Source of the DNA: an uncultured Eubacteriaceae bacterium
Lineage (GTDB): Bacteria; Bacillota; Clostridia; Eubacteriales; UBA1433
Length of the DNA stretch: 64,000 nucleotides
NCBI GenBank assembly: GCA_964581565.1
Contig: CAZOOZ010000008.1
Span: forward strand, 27,552 to 91,551
Direction: 5' to 3'
The position numbers and the translations under genes are program-made. This document shows, piece by piece, positions 39,905-48,889 of the stretch; position 1 is the first letter of the stretch; every line of letters starts with the position of its first letter. The notes beneath the pieces are model-generated. The model was not told the origin of the DNA and did not search any database. It worked only from the letters and a program-made list of their open reading frames with translations.

Positions 39905-40369
39905 ACAATAGCCTCCTGTTTTGTCTTATAATATATAGCATATTCGACCATGTTGAAGATGTTAATCCGGTTTCGGTCAAAATGAAAACCGTTGAGAGCT
40001 ATTTCAATATTTCGTGATGACAGAATCTTCTTGTCGTTGGGGTTAAGTATTGGATGGTTATTTGTGTTTAATAGTTTTAAAACTCTATTCAACATGCCTA
40101 ACCGATACATAAAAATTATCTTTCATGTGGTTTGTTTATCATGATGTCGTGCGGTTAATTGACTTTATTATAGTCATGTGCGATTCATAATAGAAAAAAT
40201 AAGCCGACTCTTGATAAATTTGTATCATATTCATCCTGTTATGGCTTGCATATGTTGCAGCAGAATGATTCCATCAAAAATTTATTCATACTTCAATATT
40301 TTCTGGAGTATGTCAGCAACGCAATCTTGTAAAATTTAATGCCTTTATGGTATGCAATTTCTTTCTCCG

Positions 40370-40425
40370 TTGTATTTTTTACTGAAAAGTGGTAAAATAT
40401 ATCACAAGGTTAGAATTAGCTAACT
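40370..40425 (+). promoter_or_regulatory. sigmaA promoter with GGTTAG-N6-CTAACT operator (site 3)
   Basis: TTGTAT-17-TAAAAT then GGTTAGAATTAGCTAACT at 40408-40425. Confidence 0.62.
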
Positions 40426-40526
40426 ACAATCTGTTTTTTGCGGCAGTGATTAATTCAGTCTGTGAAAAATTATTTTTTTCTATATGCTATGCGTTGAATA
40501 AAATTTTATTAAAGGAAGATAACATC

Positions 40527-41741
40527 ATGTATTGTGTAAGACAAATTACTCCCCAAGTATTCTGGGTAGGAGGAAACGACCGGAGACTTGCGCTGTTTGA
40601 GAATATGTTTCCTCTGCCGAACGGCATCGCCTATAATTCGTATCTAATCATGGATGAAAAGGTGGCGCTGATGGATACAGTTGATTCTTCGATCACTCGC
40701 CAGTTTTTGGAAAATATCGAGCATGTGCTCGATGGCAGAGCCATCGACTATCTTATCGTGAACCACATGGAGCCGGACCATTGTGCCAACATTGAGGAAC
40801 TCTGCCGGCGGTATCCTGAAATGAAGATTGTCGGCAATCAAAAAACCTTTCAGATGATCCGCCAATTTTATGATTTCGATATTGAATACAGCACCTTGGA
40901 GGTGCATGAAAAAGATACCCTAAATCTTGGCGTGTATACTCTGCGTTTCTTTTTTGCTCCCATGGTTCACTGGCCGGAGGTAATGTTTAGCTATGAAGAA
41001 CACAAAGGGATTCTTTTTTCGGCCGATGCGTTTGGCTCCTTTAGCGCTCTTCCCGGTGATCTTTTTGCCGACGAATTGGATTTTGAAGGGGCTTTTCTCG
41101 ACGAGGCGCGCCGTTACTATACCAATATCGTTGGTCGATACGGCGCACAGGTACAAGCGGCACTAAAAAAGTTGTCTGGTACGGAAATCCGTTTACTTTG
41201 TCCCTTGCATGGCCCGATCTGGCGCAAAAATTTAAATTATATTTTGTCTAAATATGACCTGTGGAGCCGGTATCAACCGGAAAAGCGAGGTGTTGTTGTA
41301 GCCTATGCTTCCATGTACGGCAATACGGAGAATGCGGTGACTGTGATTGCGAATCATTTGGCGGAAAAGGGCGTGCAGGATATGCGGGTATATGACATTT
41401 CCAAGACACACGCTTCGTATGTCATTGCAGATGCGTTCAAATACAGCCATTTGATACTCGCCGCACCCACCTATAATTCCGGACTCTATTTCGGTATGGA
41501 AGCGCTCTTGAGGGATATGACGGTACTCAACCTGCAAAATCGGAAGGTCGCCTTGGTTGGAAACGGCTCCTGGGCACCGGCGTCGCAAACCATCATGCAG
41601 AAGATGATTGGTGAAATGAAGTATATGGAACTGCTCACGCCGCCGCTGGTTCTGCGTTCATCGCTGAAGACTGTTCAGATGGCAGAACTTTTAAAATTTG
41701 TGGATACCGTAAGCGAGTCCATCTTGCGCCCGATAGTTTAA
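40527..41741 (+). CDS. fprA: Flavodiiron protein (FprA/A-type flavoprotein)
   Basis: YNSYL, NHMEPDH, MVHWPE, FSADAFG, PLHGP, YASMYGNT flavodoxin domain. Confidence 0.92.
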   Translation: MYCVRQITPQVFWVGGNDRRLALFENMFPLPNGIAYNSYLIMDEKVALMDTVDSSITRQFLENIEHVLDGRAIDYLIVNHMEPDHCANIEELCRRYPEMKIVGNQKTFQMIRQFYDFDIEYSTLEVHEKDTLNLGVYTLRFFFAPMVHWPEVMFSYEEHKGILFSADAFGSFSALPGDLFADELDFEGAFLDEARRYYTNIVGRYGAQVQAALKKLSGTEIRLLCPLHGPIWRKNLNYILSKYDLWSRYQPEKRGVVVAYASMYGNTENAVTVIANHLAEKGVQDMRVYDISKTHASYVIADAFKYSHLILAAPTYNSGLYFGMEALLRDMTVLNLQNRKVALVGNGSWAPASQTIMQKMIGEMKYMELLTPPLVLRSSLKTVQMAELLKFVDTVSESILRPIV

Positions 41742-41910
41742 TCTGAGTATAGTCCTTGCTAAACATGTCAATTATACTGCATTAATATTATAATGTATGC
41801 TTCTGACTAACATATGCTTTAGCCATTATCAGTCAATATCGTATCACAATACCATAATTTAATTATAAAAAGAAAAGAAAAACATGTCATAAGAGGAATT
41901 CAGAGCAAAT

Positions 41911-41943
41911 AAAAACAGGTCGACGATAGGTCGGCCTGTTTTT
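41911..41943 (+). terminator. fprA terminator (homologous to 39182-39214)
   Basis: AAAAACAGGTCGACGATAGGTCGGCCTGTTTTT. Confidence 0.7.
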
Positions 41944-41989
41944 ATCGTTATAAAATATTTAAGGTTCATATAGACTCGTACGAGTGTTC

Positions 41990-42091
41990 AGGACAAACTC
42001 GAAAACCCTGCATAAAATAAAGTTTTTAGCAGCAGGCAAACGGATATTACGGTGCTGTATGTGTGCTAAACAAACCGATAAACTGGTATTT
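41990..42091. repeat. Repeat unit A (58-bp core + 24-bp gene-proximal motif)
   Basis: Core 41990-42047 matches 42671-42728 at 53/58; tail AAACAAACCGATAAACTGGTATTT. Confidence 0.88.
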
Positions 42092-42095
42092 GGAA

Positions 42096-42578
42096 TTATA
42101 AGTGACTGGTTACAGCAATTACAAACTGTTCAACACCCTGCTCTATAATATCAATTAGCGAAGCCTGATCCTCAAAATCCGGAGCGGATGTCAACGTGCA
42201 TTCTATAATGGCGTCTTGATTATTCTCTTCATGAAACATAACAGTATTATTTGAAATAATGCTGTTAACAACAGTTTCATATCTCTTTAATATTTCCCGG
42301 TTCCGCGCGGATAGCCATACTTCGAAGTCGCCCTTTTCGTGTAAGTAGACTACGGCGATTTTAAGTCCCTTATCTTTCAATTGTTTTGTATTCAATGAAA
42401 AGTAAGACATGTCCATATAACCTTGGTAAACATTTCCTGCGTCGTAATCCGGATATTTTTTAGTGAAATTTGTACGCAATTTGCCAATAAAATCTATGAT
42501 CCCTTTATATGCGGCTTGTATTTCTCCCTGCTGTAAACAGAAAGTGTAATCGCTTATAAGCTGATTCAGAGTTTTCAT
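42096..42578 (-). CDS. Conserved hypothetical protein (DUF7000-like)
   Basis: 160-aa ORF, GGAGG RBS, YQGYMDMSYF...KIAVVYLHE..FEVWL. Confidence 0.7.
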   Translation of the reverse strand: MKTLNQLISDYTFCLQQGEIQAAYKGIIDFIGKLRTNFTKKYPDYDAGNVYQGYMDMSYFSLNTKQLKDKGLKIAVVYLHEKGDFEVWLSARNREILKRYETVVNSIISNNTVMFHEENNQDAIIECTLTSAPDFEDQASLIDIIEQGVEQFVIAVTSHL

Positions 42579-42654
42579 AAATAGCCTCCGTGAATTCTTA
42601 TTTACCTAAGCGTTATGCTGTTTTGTCCTTCTGAATGACCGAGGTGTTTGAAGG

Positions 42655-42770
42655 TGGTGCGAGATTCATAAGGACAAACTCAAAAAACCTGCATAGAATA
42701 AAGTCTTTGGCAGCAGGCAAACGGATATGAGAGCACGATATTCGTAAAATAAACCGGTAAACTGAAGTTT
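42655..42770. repeat. Repeat unit B preceded by 10-bp copy of tRNA-Leu 3' end
   Basis: TGGTGCGAGA (42655-64) = 47869-78; core 42671-42728; tail AAATAAACCGGTAAACTGAAGTTT. Confidence 0.85.
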
Positions 42771-43035
42771 ATTTCTTCTTAATTTTATGAGCCGTAATGA
42801 TCGTATGGCTATACGCATTTATCGTTATTTTGCAATCGTCTATACTTACGTACCAATTTTTCCCTGTTCTGATTATAACCGCATTAGGACTTTGTATTTT
42901 TTCTCTGCACCAATTAACAACATCATCAGTATCTAAAGAAAGATTTCTCTTTATGCGCATAATTCCTAAATCAGTTGTATGTAGCTTATGTAAGTCTAAA
43001 ATCAGTTTATCTTTATTACTATCATTACTCTGTAT
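42769..43035 (-). CDS. DUF3781-family protein, apparent ATA start or lost start codon
   Basis: Frame extends upstream of annotated Met as KLHTTDLGIMRIKRNL; GKNWY, TIITAH; no ATG/GTG/TTG upstream in frame. Confidence 0.65.
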   Translation of the reverse strand: MQSNDSNKDKLILDLHKLHTTDLGIMRIKRNLSLDTDDVVNWCREKIQSPNAVIIRTGKNWYVSIDDCKITINAYSHTIITAHKIKKK

Positions 43036-43200
43036 TAACCTTCTTAATTTCTGTTTGCCTGCATATCATACCAGGGACAGTCTCTCCGTTCTACTATAAC
43101 GATTATTCGCTAACAGCAAGTCATGTGCGCCATATTGCGGGTAAGGAAGTACCATTGGATTTGCACAAATAAAGCACGTATTTATGCAAGTTTTAAAAAG

Positions 43201-43243
43201 TCAAAAATGAGGGATAGGGTAAAACCTTATTCTCCGCTTTTTG
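43201..43243. repeat. REP-like hairpin with partial copy at 47168-47200
   Basis: TCAAAAATGAGGGATAGGGT-AAA-ACCTTATTCTCCGCTTTTTGA; ACCTTATTCCTCCGTTTTTGA recurs after the GyrI gene. Confidence 0.5.
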
Positions 43244-43273
43244 AGGTTGATAGCGTGACGAGATGAGAAATAC

Positions 43274-43480
43274 TTAAAAATAAAACAGCTCTTCGAATTT
43301 TTTATCCAATGCCACACAAAGAATCAATGCCAGTCTCGCGGTGGGATTAAATTGTCCTGTCTCAATTGAACTGATCGTGTTTCGCGAAACCCCAATCATT
43401 TCAGCAAGCTGACTTTGGGATAATTGTTTTTCGGCTCGAACTTCCTTTAACCTGTTTTTTAATACCAATTCGTTATCCAT
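43274..43480 (-). CDS. XRE-family HTH regulator
   Basis: LKNRLKEVR...LSQSQLAEMIGVSRNTISSIETGQFNPT; real start MDNEL. Confidence 0.88.
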   Translation of the reverse strand: MDNELVLKNRLKEVRAEKQLSQSQLAEMIGVSRNTISSIETGQFNPTARLALILCVALDKKFEELFYF

Positions 43481-43499
43481 TGTATTATCCTGAAGTGGG

Positions 43500-43672
43500 C
43501 ATGATACGTTAATCAAAAATATAACTCCGGCAATGATGCCCATCACTGTCCCAATTAATTGGGCGTTTTCCTTTTGTAAACCGATTTTTTGTAACTTTCA
43601 AATGCGAAATAAGTCGAGAACAATGCAAAAATCGTATGATTGTTTAAATCTTTAATAGATTCTTTATTCATA
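43500..43672 (-). pseudogene. Degraded paralog of the upstream membrane protein
   Basis: MNKESIKD...YFAFESYKK, frameshift in A-run, then RFTKENAQLIGTVMGIIAGVIFLIN. Confidence 0.5.
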
Positions 43673-43685
43673 AGATATCCCTGCT

Positions 43686-43994
43686 TCAAGCGATAAAATA
43701 ACCAGCAAATACTATTACACCAGTAATACCGCAGGCTATTCCCTGTATCAGAAATTGCCTCTTTTTCGTCTTGATATAAGAGTATAAACCTGATGCTGAC
43801 ATATAGCCAAACAGAATAACTCCGAATTCATAAAATGGTTTTCCCTGAAGTGCTTTAATCACACTAAAAACAACACACAGAACCACAACAACGATTCCGG
43901 CAACTCCAAAACCTTTTATTAATTCGCTGCGTTGCATTTCATCCAAATAAGAGTTTTCATTTTTGCTTTTTTCTAAAATCTCTTCTTTTTTCAT
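43686..43994 (-). CDS. DUF6442-like 3-TM membrane protein
   Basis: MKKEEILEKSKNEN..DE then three hydrophobic segments; typical XRE partner. Confidence 0.72.
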   Translation of the reverse strand: MKKEEILEKSKNENSYLDEMQRSELIKGFGVAGIVVVVLCVVFSVIKALQGKPFYEFGVILFGYMSASGLYSYIKTKKRQFLIQGIACGITGVIVFAGYFIA

Positions 43995-44031
43995 TGGATA
44001 CTCCTTTGACAGGTGTTCTAATCAAAATTAT

Positions 44032-44079
44032 ACCATGCCAAGTATACTTGTCAACAGTTTTAAAGCAAACCTGGCATGG
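44032..44079. promoter_or_regulatory. Inverted repeat / putative XRE operator
   Basis: ACCATGCCAAGT...ACCTGGCATGGT with internal CAAGTATACTTG palindrome over a minus-strand TTGACA. Confidence 0.5.
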
Positions 44080-44292
44080 TAAAGAAGATATAAAAGTAAA
44101 TACTTGCTAAATTTTATATTCTAATCTAAATACAAAACAAATCTAAACCCTTCGCCAATCGAAAAGAATGGTGAGCGGTTTGTATTATGTGGGTTTCTGA
44201 ATTTATAAAATCCGAGTATAAGGGTCTTATGCCCTATTACACGTTCTTGATGTTCATCTCTTGGCAGGGATGGTAAATTTGACCTGATATAT

Positions 44293-45045
44293 TTATCTGC
44301 TAATGAATTGCTCAATGACCTTCGCCGCTGCTTTTGCATTGCTTAAAATAGCCGGATGACCACCGGAATTGAATAAATGAACAGCTCCGTGTCTTATAAT
44401 ATTTGCCATTTTTCGGTATTCATCCGCAAGGTCTTTGCGTACCATTGTATCCTCACGGCTTCCCATGAATAAAATTGGCGTTTGCAAAGAAGATAAAGGC
44501 TTGTGAAAAAGCGGCTTTTTCAGAGTTGCAAAACAGAGCAAAGCCTGTGTATCGGCATCTACAACTGCTTCCCAGTCCGCACCCTGGCACCATTCATAAA
44601 ATTGTTTTGCCTGAATGTCTTTTTTCGCTGCATTTCTTTCGGCAAGCAAGTCCTCGGCGAAGCCGCTATGCAGGGTTCTTCCGTCAAAACTATCGGCAAC
44701 AACCTTATTGACTAGTTCGGGGCGTTCTAAAGCGACGTTGACAGCAGCCCATGCCCCGCCGCTTGTCCCAACCAAATTCACTTGAGTATATCCTAAATGA
44801 TCTATTAATGCTATGGTTTGCATTGCTTCTTCATACCATAATTCCGACGGAATATCTTCAATTCTATCCGAATGGCCATTACCCAAGAAGTCAATTAAAA
44901 TGACCCTGAAATTTTCCTGATACAAAGGAATCAGTGTCTCAAACATTTTGGAAGATGCGGTATTGCCGTGCAAGAAAATCAGCGGGGTTTTTGAGCCGAT
45001 TTCCTGATAAAATATATTTTTATTATGATAGTTAAAATATGACAT
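44293..45045 (-). CDS. Alpha/beta hydrolase
   Basis: FLHGNT, DFLGNGHS, GTSGG nucleophile elbow, GGHP. Confidence 0.88.
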   Translation of the reverse strand: MSYFNYHNKNIFYQEIGSKTPLIFLHGNTASSKMFETLIPLYQENFRVILIDFLGNGHSDRIEDIPSELWYEEAMQTIALIDHLGYTQVNLVGTSGGAWAAVNVALERPELVNKVVADSFDGRTLHSGFAEDLLAERNAAKKDIQAKQFYEWCQGADWEAVVDADTQALLCFATLKKPLFHKPLSSLQTPILFMGSREDTMVRKDLADEYRKMANIIRHGAVHLFNSGGHPAILSNAKAAAKVIEQFISR

Positions 45046-45564
45046 ATTTGCCTCCTAATCTGTTTTTTGATATCTTTTTTGATTAGTAAGGCATATTGAT
45101 AATTGCCTTACTATTAACTCAAAACATTCCAAATGCCCATTGCAAAATTCTCCTTTAAATTAGATTGGTTTAAAGCAAATTTATTATATATTATATACCA
45201 GCAGCATGCAAGAACGTGAGCAAAACGTCTGCATTCCACCATGTTGGGATCCAGTAATATCAATGGTTTGTAGATGATCGGCAGGCGGTATTTATAGATT
45301 CGTTTGAGGTTGGGAGCCTTATTTGTGGCAATAATTGATTTTATATCTTTTTAAAATTTGAAAGCTCATTTTATTGGCTATTTATCTCTTTAATAGCATC
45401 TTAATTCTCAATATAAAGAATTACCTCATCGTAAGCGGAAATTTGAGTTTCTTCGATATCGTCCATTACTATTTTGTATATCTGTGAAATTATCATTTAA
45501 GATAAAACGGACAGGTCTGGTTATATAGCTTTGCAATTATCGTAACGCAATAAAATATTGCCTA

Positions 45565-45624
45565 TTGACTGCTCAAACTATAATGAGTATAATTAAGCAT
45601 ACTTATCATACTTATCATACTTAT
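45565..45624 (+). promoter_or_regulatory. sigmaA promoter followed by three perfect 9-bp direct repeats
   Basis: TTGACT-17-TATAAT; CATACTTAT x3 at 45598-45624. Confidence 0.75.
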
Positions 45625-45638
45625 TATGGAGGTTGATA

Positions 45639-45863
45639 ATGAAAAACTCGAAAGGCAAATACGCTTGGACTGCGAAAGTCGGAGAGAAAGGACAAATCGT
45701 TATACCTAAAGAGGCACGAGAAGTCTTTGATATCAATCCCGGGGATACGCTGCTCCTTCTGGGCGATGAGTCCCAGGGCATTGCAATCGTTAAAAACGAT
45801 ATGTTTATTCACTTTGCCGAGGCGGTCATGAAAGCGCAAAATCAGGAGGAAGAGGACAAATGA
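45639..45863 (+). CDS. AbrB/MazE/SpoVT-family DNA-binding protein
   Basis: AKVGEKGQIVIPKEAREVFDINPGD. Confidence 0.9.
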   Translation: MKNSKGKYAWTAKVGEKGQIVIPKEAREVFDINPGDTLLLLGDESQGIAIVKNDMFIHFAEAVMKAQNQEEEDK

Positions 45864-46969
45864 GAAGGGAATTACCCGGCGCGGATGGCATGAAGCCGGA
45901 AAAGAGAAGAAGAAAAAAAGTCTTAAGAATCATACTGACAGCGTTCGCAATCCTGATATGTATGCTCATTGTGCTTGCTGCAGTATATGTGTATAACAAT
46001 CTTAATTATGACAAGGTTCCATTCCGGAAGACGATGAAAGCGGGTTATGAGGAAAAGCAGGTATCTTTAGATGATCGAACAGTTTTGAATTATGTGGAAG
46101 GACCCGATAATGGCTCTTCCCTCTTGCTGATCCACGGACAAGAAGCGGCGTGGGGAATATATACAAAGGTACTACCGGAATTATCAAAATATTATCATGT
46201 CTATGCGGTGGATTGCCACGGGCATGGAAAATCCAGCAAAGATTCGGAAAAATACAGCGCGCAGGCGATGGGAGAGGATTTTGTCTGGTTTATTGAAAAT
46301 GTGATTGGTGAACCGGCGGTGGTTTCGGGACACTCATCCGGGGGACTGCTTGCGGTATGGCTTGCCGCCAATTCTTCTGAGAATGTATTGGGTGTTGTCC
46401 TGGAGGATCCGCCTCTCTTCTCAACGGAGGCGTCCCGATGCGATAAAACATATGCGCAGGTGGATACATTTCAGGTCTGTCATTCATTTTTGAACCAGGA
46501 TGAGGAGGATGACTTTGCGCTGTATTACATCGAAAACTGCTATTGGATTAATTATTTTGGAGATGCGAAAGAAAATATCATTCAATATGCCGTATCCTAC
46601 CGGGAAAAACATCCAGGAGAGAGATTGAAAATATTTTTTTTCCCACCTTCTATTACCGGGATATTTTATTTCATGGACGACTACGATCCCAGATTTGGCG
46701 ATACATTCTATGATTGCTCATGGATGGAAGGCTTTGGTCACGCCGAGGCCCTGTCAAAGATTAACTGCCCATCCGTCCTGATCCATACGAATTGGCAGTA
46801 TGATGAGAACGGTATCCTCATGGGGGCTATGAACGGTGAGGATGCCGAGCGAGCGCATTCACTGATAGAAAATAACGTGCTTATCAATGTTGACTCCGGC
46901 CACTCCTTCAGTTGGGAAAAACCGGATGATTTTATTGAGATCATGATCGATTTTCTCAATGAGATTTAA
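45860..46969 (+). CDS. Membrane-anchored alpha/beta hydrolase
   Basis: N-terminal TM, LIHGQ, DCHGHGKS, GHSSGG, DSGH; ATGA-coupled to AbrB gene. Confidence 0.87.
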   Translation: MRRELPGADGMKPEKRRRKKVLRIILTAFAILICMLIVLAAVYVYNNLNYDKVPFRKTMKAGYEEKQVSLDDRTVLNYVEGPDNGSSLLLIHGQEAAWGIYTKVLPELSKYYHVYAVDCHGHGKSSKDSEKYSAQAMGEDFVWFIENVIGEPAVVSGHSSGGLLAVWLAANSSENVLGVVLEDPPLFSTEASRCDKTYAQVDTFQVCHSFLNQDEEDDFALYYIENCYWINYFGDAKENIIQYAVSYREKHPGERLKIFFFPPSITGIFYFMDDYDPRFGDTFYDCSWMEGFGHAEALSKINCPSVLIHTNWQYDENGILMGAMNGEDAERAHSLIENNVLINVDSGHSFSWEKPDDFIEIMIDFLNEI

Positions 46970-47202
46970 TAAATTACGGGATACAAAGGGGATGGTACGC
47001 TAAGAGAAGCAGGGACTAGGACACAAAGATTTTATGTTAGAGAACCAACCCGGTTAATCTCCTTATCACTTGGAAGCGGACCGTATGAATTTATGTATTA
47101 AGTTCTCTCATTTCTAAAATTCAGTGATAAATTGGGGGGGATATTTATGTGTGAAAAATCCCAGTGTAAGGGGTTTATACCTTATTCCTCCGTTTTTGAT
47201 TT

Positions 47203-47688
47203 CTATCTTTTGACAGGCCGGGTAACTTTCTTTACGGGCATTACAATTTTTGTAAGCAATTCGCTTTCGGGAAAATCGGGTCCGTTGTAATAAAACTCAT
47301 AAGATGTTCCGACGGCTTTATAGCCGTTATCAGTAATGTATGCTGCCATTTCATCGTATACAGATCCCACTTCGCTGTAAGAGCCTCTGTACATGCAGAA
47401 AACAATATACCCTTCGGGAATGAAGCCTGGCTTTATATCTTCTTTTTGTGCAAAAGAGTCAGATACGGTAAAGCCTATTTCAACATCAAGATTCTGCATG
47501 TCCAAGTTATGATAGCATACAAACGGTATATCTGTCATAGTCTCGCCGAGTTCATCAAGATATGACGCGATTTTTGCATAGCTTTGACCGATTATTTGCG
47601 GCAGATCCTGAACTTTTGTCGTTGTGCGAATTGTTAAAGTAGGTTGATGCAGTTGTTTTAAGATTGCGATATCGGACATTTTCGGCAT
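47203..47688 (-). CDS. GyrI-like small-molecule-binding protein
   Basis: QPTLTIR, DVEIGF, YRGSYSE..VY, YEFYYN.P. Confidence 0.82.
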   Translation of the reverse strand: MPKMSDIAILKQLHQPTLTIRTTTKVQDLPQIIGQSYAKIASYLDELGETMTDIPFVCYHNLDMQNLDVEIGFTVSDSFAQKEDIKPGFIPEGYIVFCMYRGSYSEVGSVYDEMAAYITDNGYKAVGTSYEFYYNGPDFPESELLTKIVMPVKKVTRPVKR

Positions 47689-47868
47689 TTTTTAACACTC
47701 CTTAATTTTAGATATCAGCAAGAATAAAATAATAAATTGTCGGGATTGGTGCAAATTATTTTTGATATATTATGATTATATATTAAAGAAAAATAAATTC
47801 AATTAATAGTTATTAAATAAAAAAACAGAGTGATGCATTACTTTATTTTTATGAATATTTTAAAAAAA

Positions 47869-47956
<88 letters not shown>

Positions 47957-48009
47957 ACGTAGATAATATTATACTCAAATTTAAATATTTTGCAAATATA
48001 TTTCAATTA

Positions 48010-48867
48010 TTATCGGTATAAAAAATTTGTCAATTCTGCAAACTGCTCAAGTGTTAAGGCTTCGCCACGAATATTTGGATCTAGTTGAAGGCTCTCAAGG
48101 GCATATTTTATTTTTTCTTTGCTCATGCCAAGTGTATTTGAAAGAGCGTTAAGCAATGTTTTGCGCCGTACGGAAAAAGCCGCCCGTATAATTTCAAAAA
48201 GCTCTTTTTCATGTTGTGTGTTTACATCTGGATGTTTGCGAAGTGTGAGTAGCACAACACTGGAATCTACCGTTGGTTTTGGGAAGAACACATTGCTGGG
48301 TACGTTAAAAAGAATAGTACAGTCTGCGTAGTAAGATACCGCAAGCGTCAGTGAGCCGTAATTTTTTGTGGAGGGTTTTGCAGCGAGCCGCTGAGCCACT
48401 TCTTTTTGCATCATCAGAGTAAGGCTTTCGAATAAATCATTGTGCTCAAGTAATTTCATGATTGCCGCACTTGTGATACTATAGGGCAAATTAGAGATAG
48501 CTTTTATTTTTTGATCAGTACCAAATAACTCTAAAAGCTGCTTAAAATTAAACTTCAAAATATCATCATGGATTAAAGTGACATTATCGGCATCGCTGAA
48601 ATTGTTTTTTAAAATGGCATAGAGTTTATCATCCTTTTCTACGGCAACAAGCTTCTTGCATTGCTGATATAAAAAATAAGTAAGCGAACCCATACCCGGG
48701 CCTATTTCAAGCACGCAGTCATCTGAAGTAATATCGGATTCTTTGATGATTTTATTGATGATATTATCATCGGTAATAAAATTTTGCCCAAGGTCTTTTT
48801 TAAAATAAAAATCGGCTGCGGCGATATTGTTTTTAATATAATTTATTGAAGTGGTTTTCTGTGGCAT
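48010..48867 (-). CDS. rsmA: 16S rRNA dimethyladenosine transferase
   Basis: KDLGQNFI, LEIGPGMG, SNLPYSIT, MQKEVA, PTVDS, RRKTL. Confidence 0.95.
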   Translation of the reverse strand: MPQKTTSINYIKNNIAAADFYFKKDLGQNFITDDNIINKIIKESDITSDDCVLEIGPGMGSLTYFLYQQCKKLVAVEKDDKLYAILKNNFSDADNVTLIHDDILKFNFKQLLELFGTDQKIKAISNLPYSITSAAIMKLLEHNDLFESLTLMMQKEVAQRLAAKPSTKNYGSLTLAVSYYADCTILFNVPSNVFFPKPTVDSSVVLLTLRKHPDVNTQHEKELFEIIRAAFSVRRKTLLNALSNTLGMSKEKIKYALESLQLDPNIRGEALTLEQFAELTNFLYR

Positions 48868-48889
48868 ATAAACCTCTTGATAAAAATAA

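Noticed and set aside
39901-40340. ORF 39901-40110 and a possible receiver-domain-like fragment (VADILQKILKYE) on the minus strand
   Set aside because: No RBS, interrupted by stops, similarity too weak to support
44121-44339. 72-aa ORF
   Set aside because: Overlaps the hydrolase 3' end out of frame; no RBS or recognisable domain
45084-45500. TAGTAAGGCA-N10-TGCCTTACTA inverted repeat and a stop-riddled minus-strand frame at ~45340-45496
   Set aside because: Single occurrence with no assignable role; the putative relic has no identifiable homology
45639-46969. MazEF/VapBC-type toxin-antitoxin pair
   Set aside because: Downstream gene is a membrane alpha/beta hydrolase, not a toxin fold
46985-47141. 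RAYT-type REP remnant and G8 tract as phase-variation site
   Set aside because: Arms do not pair convincingly; the G tract lies between convergent genes, not in a promoter or CDS
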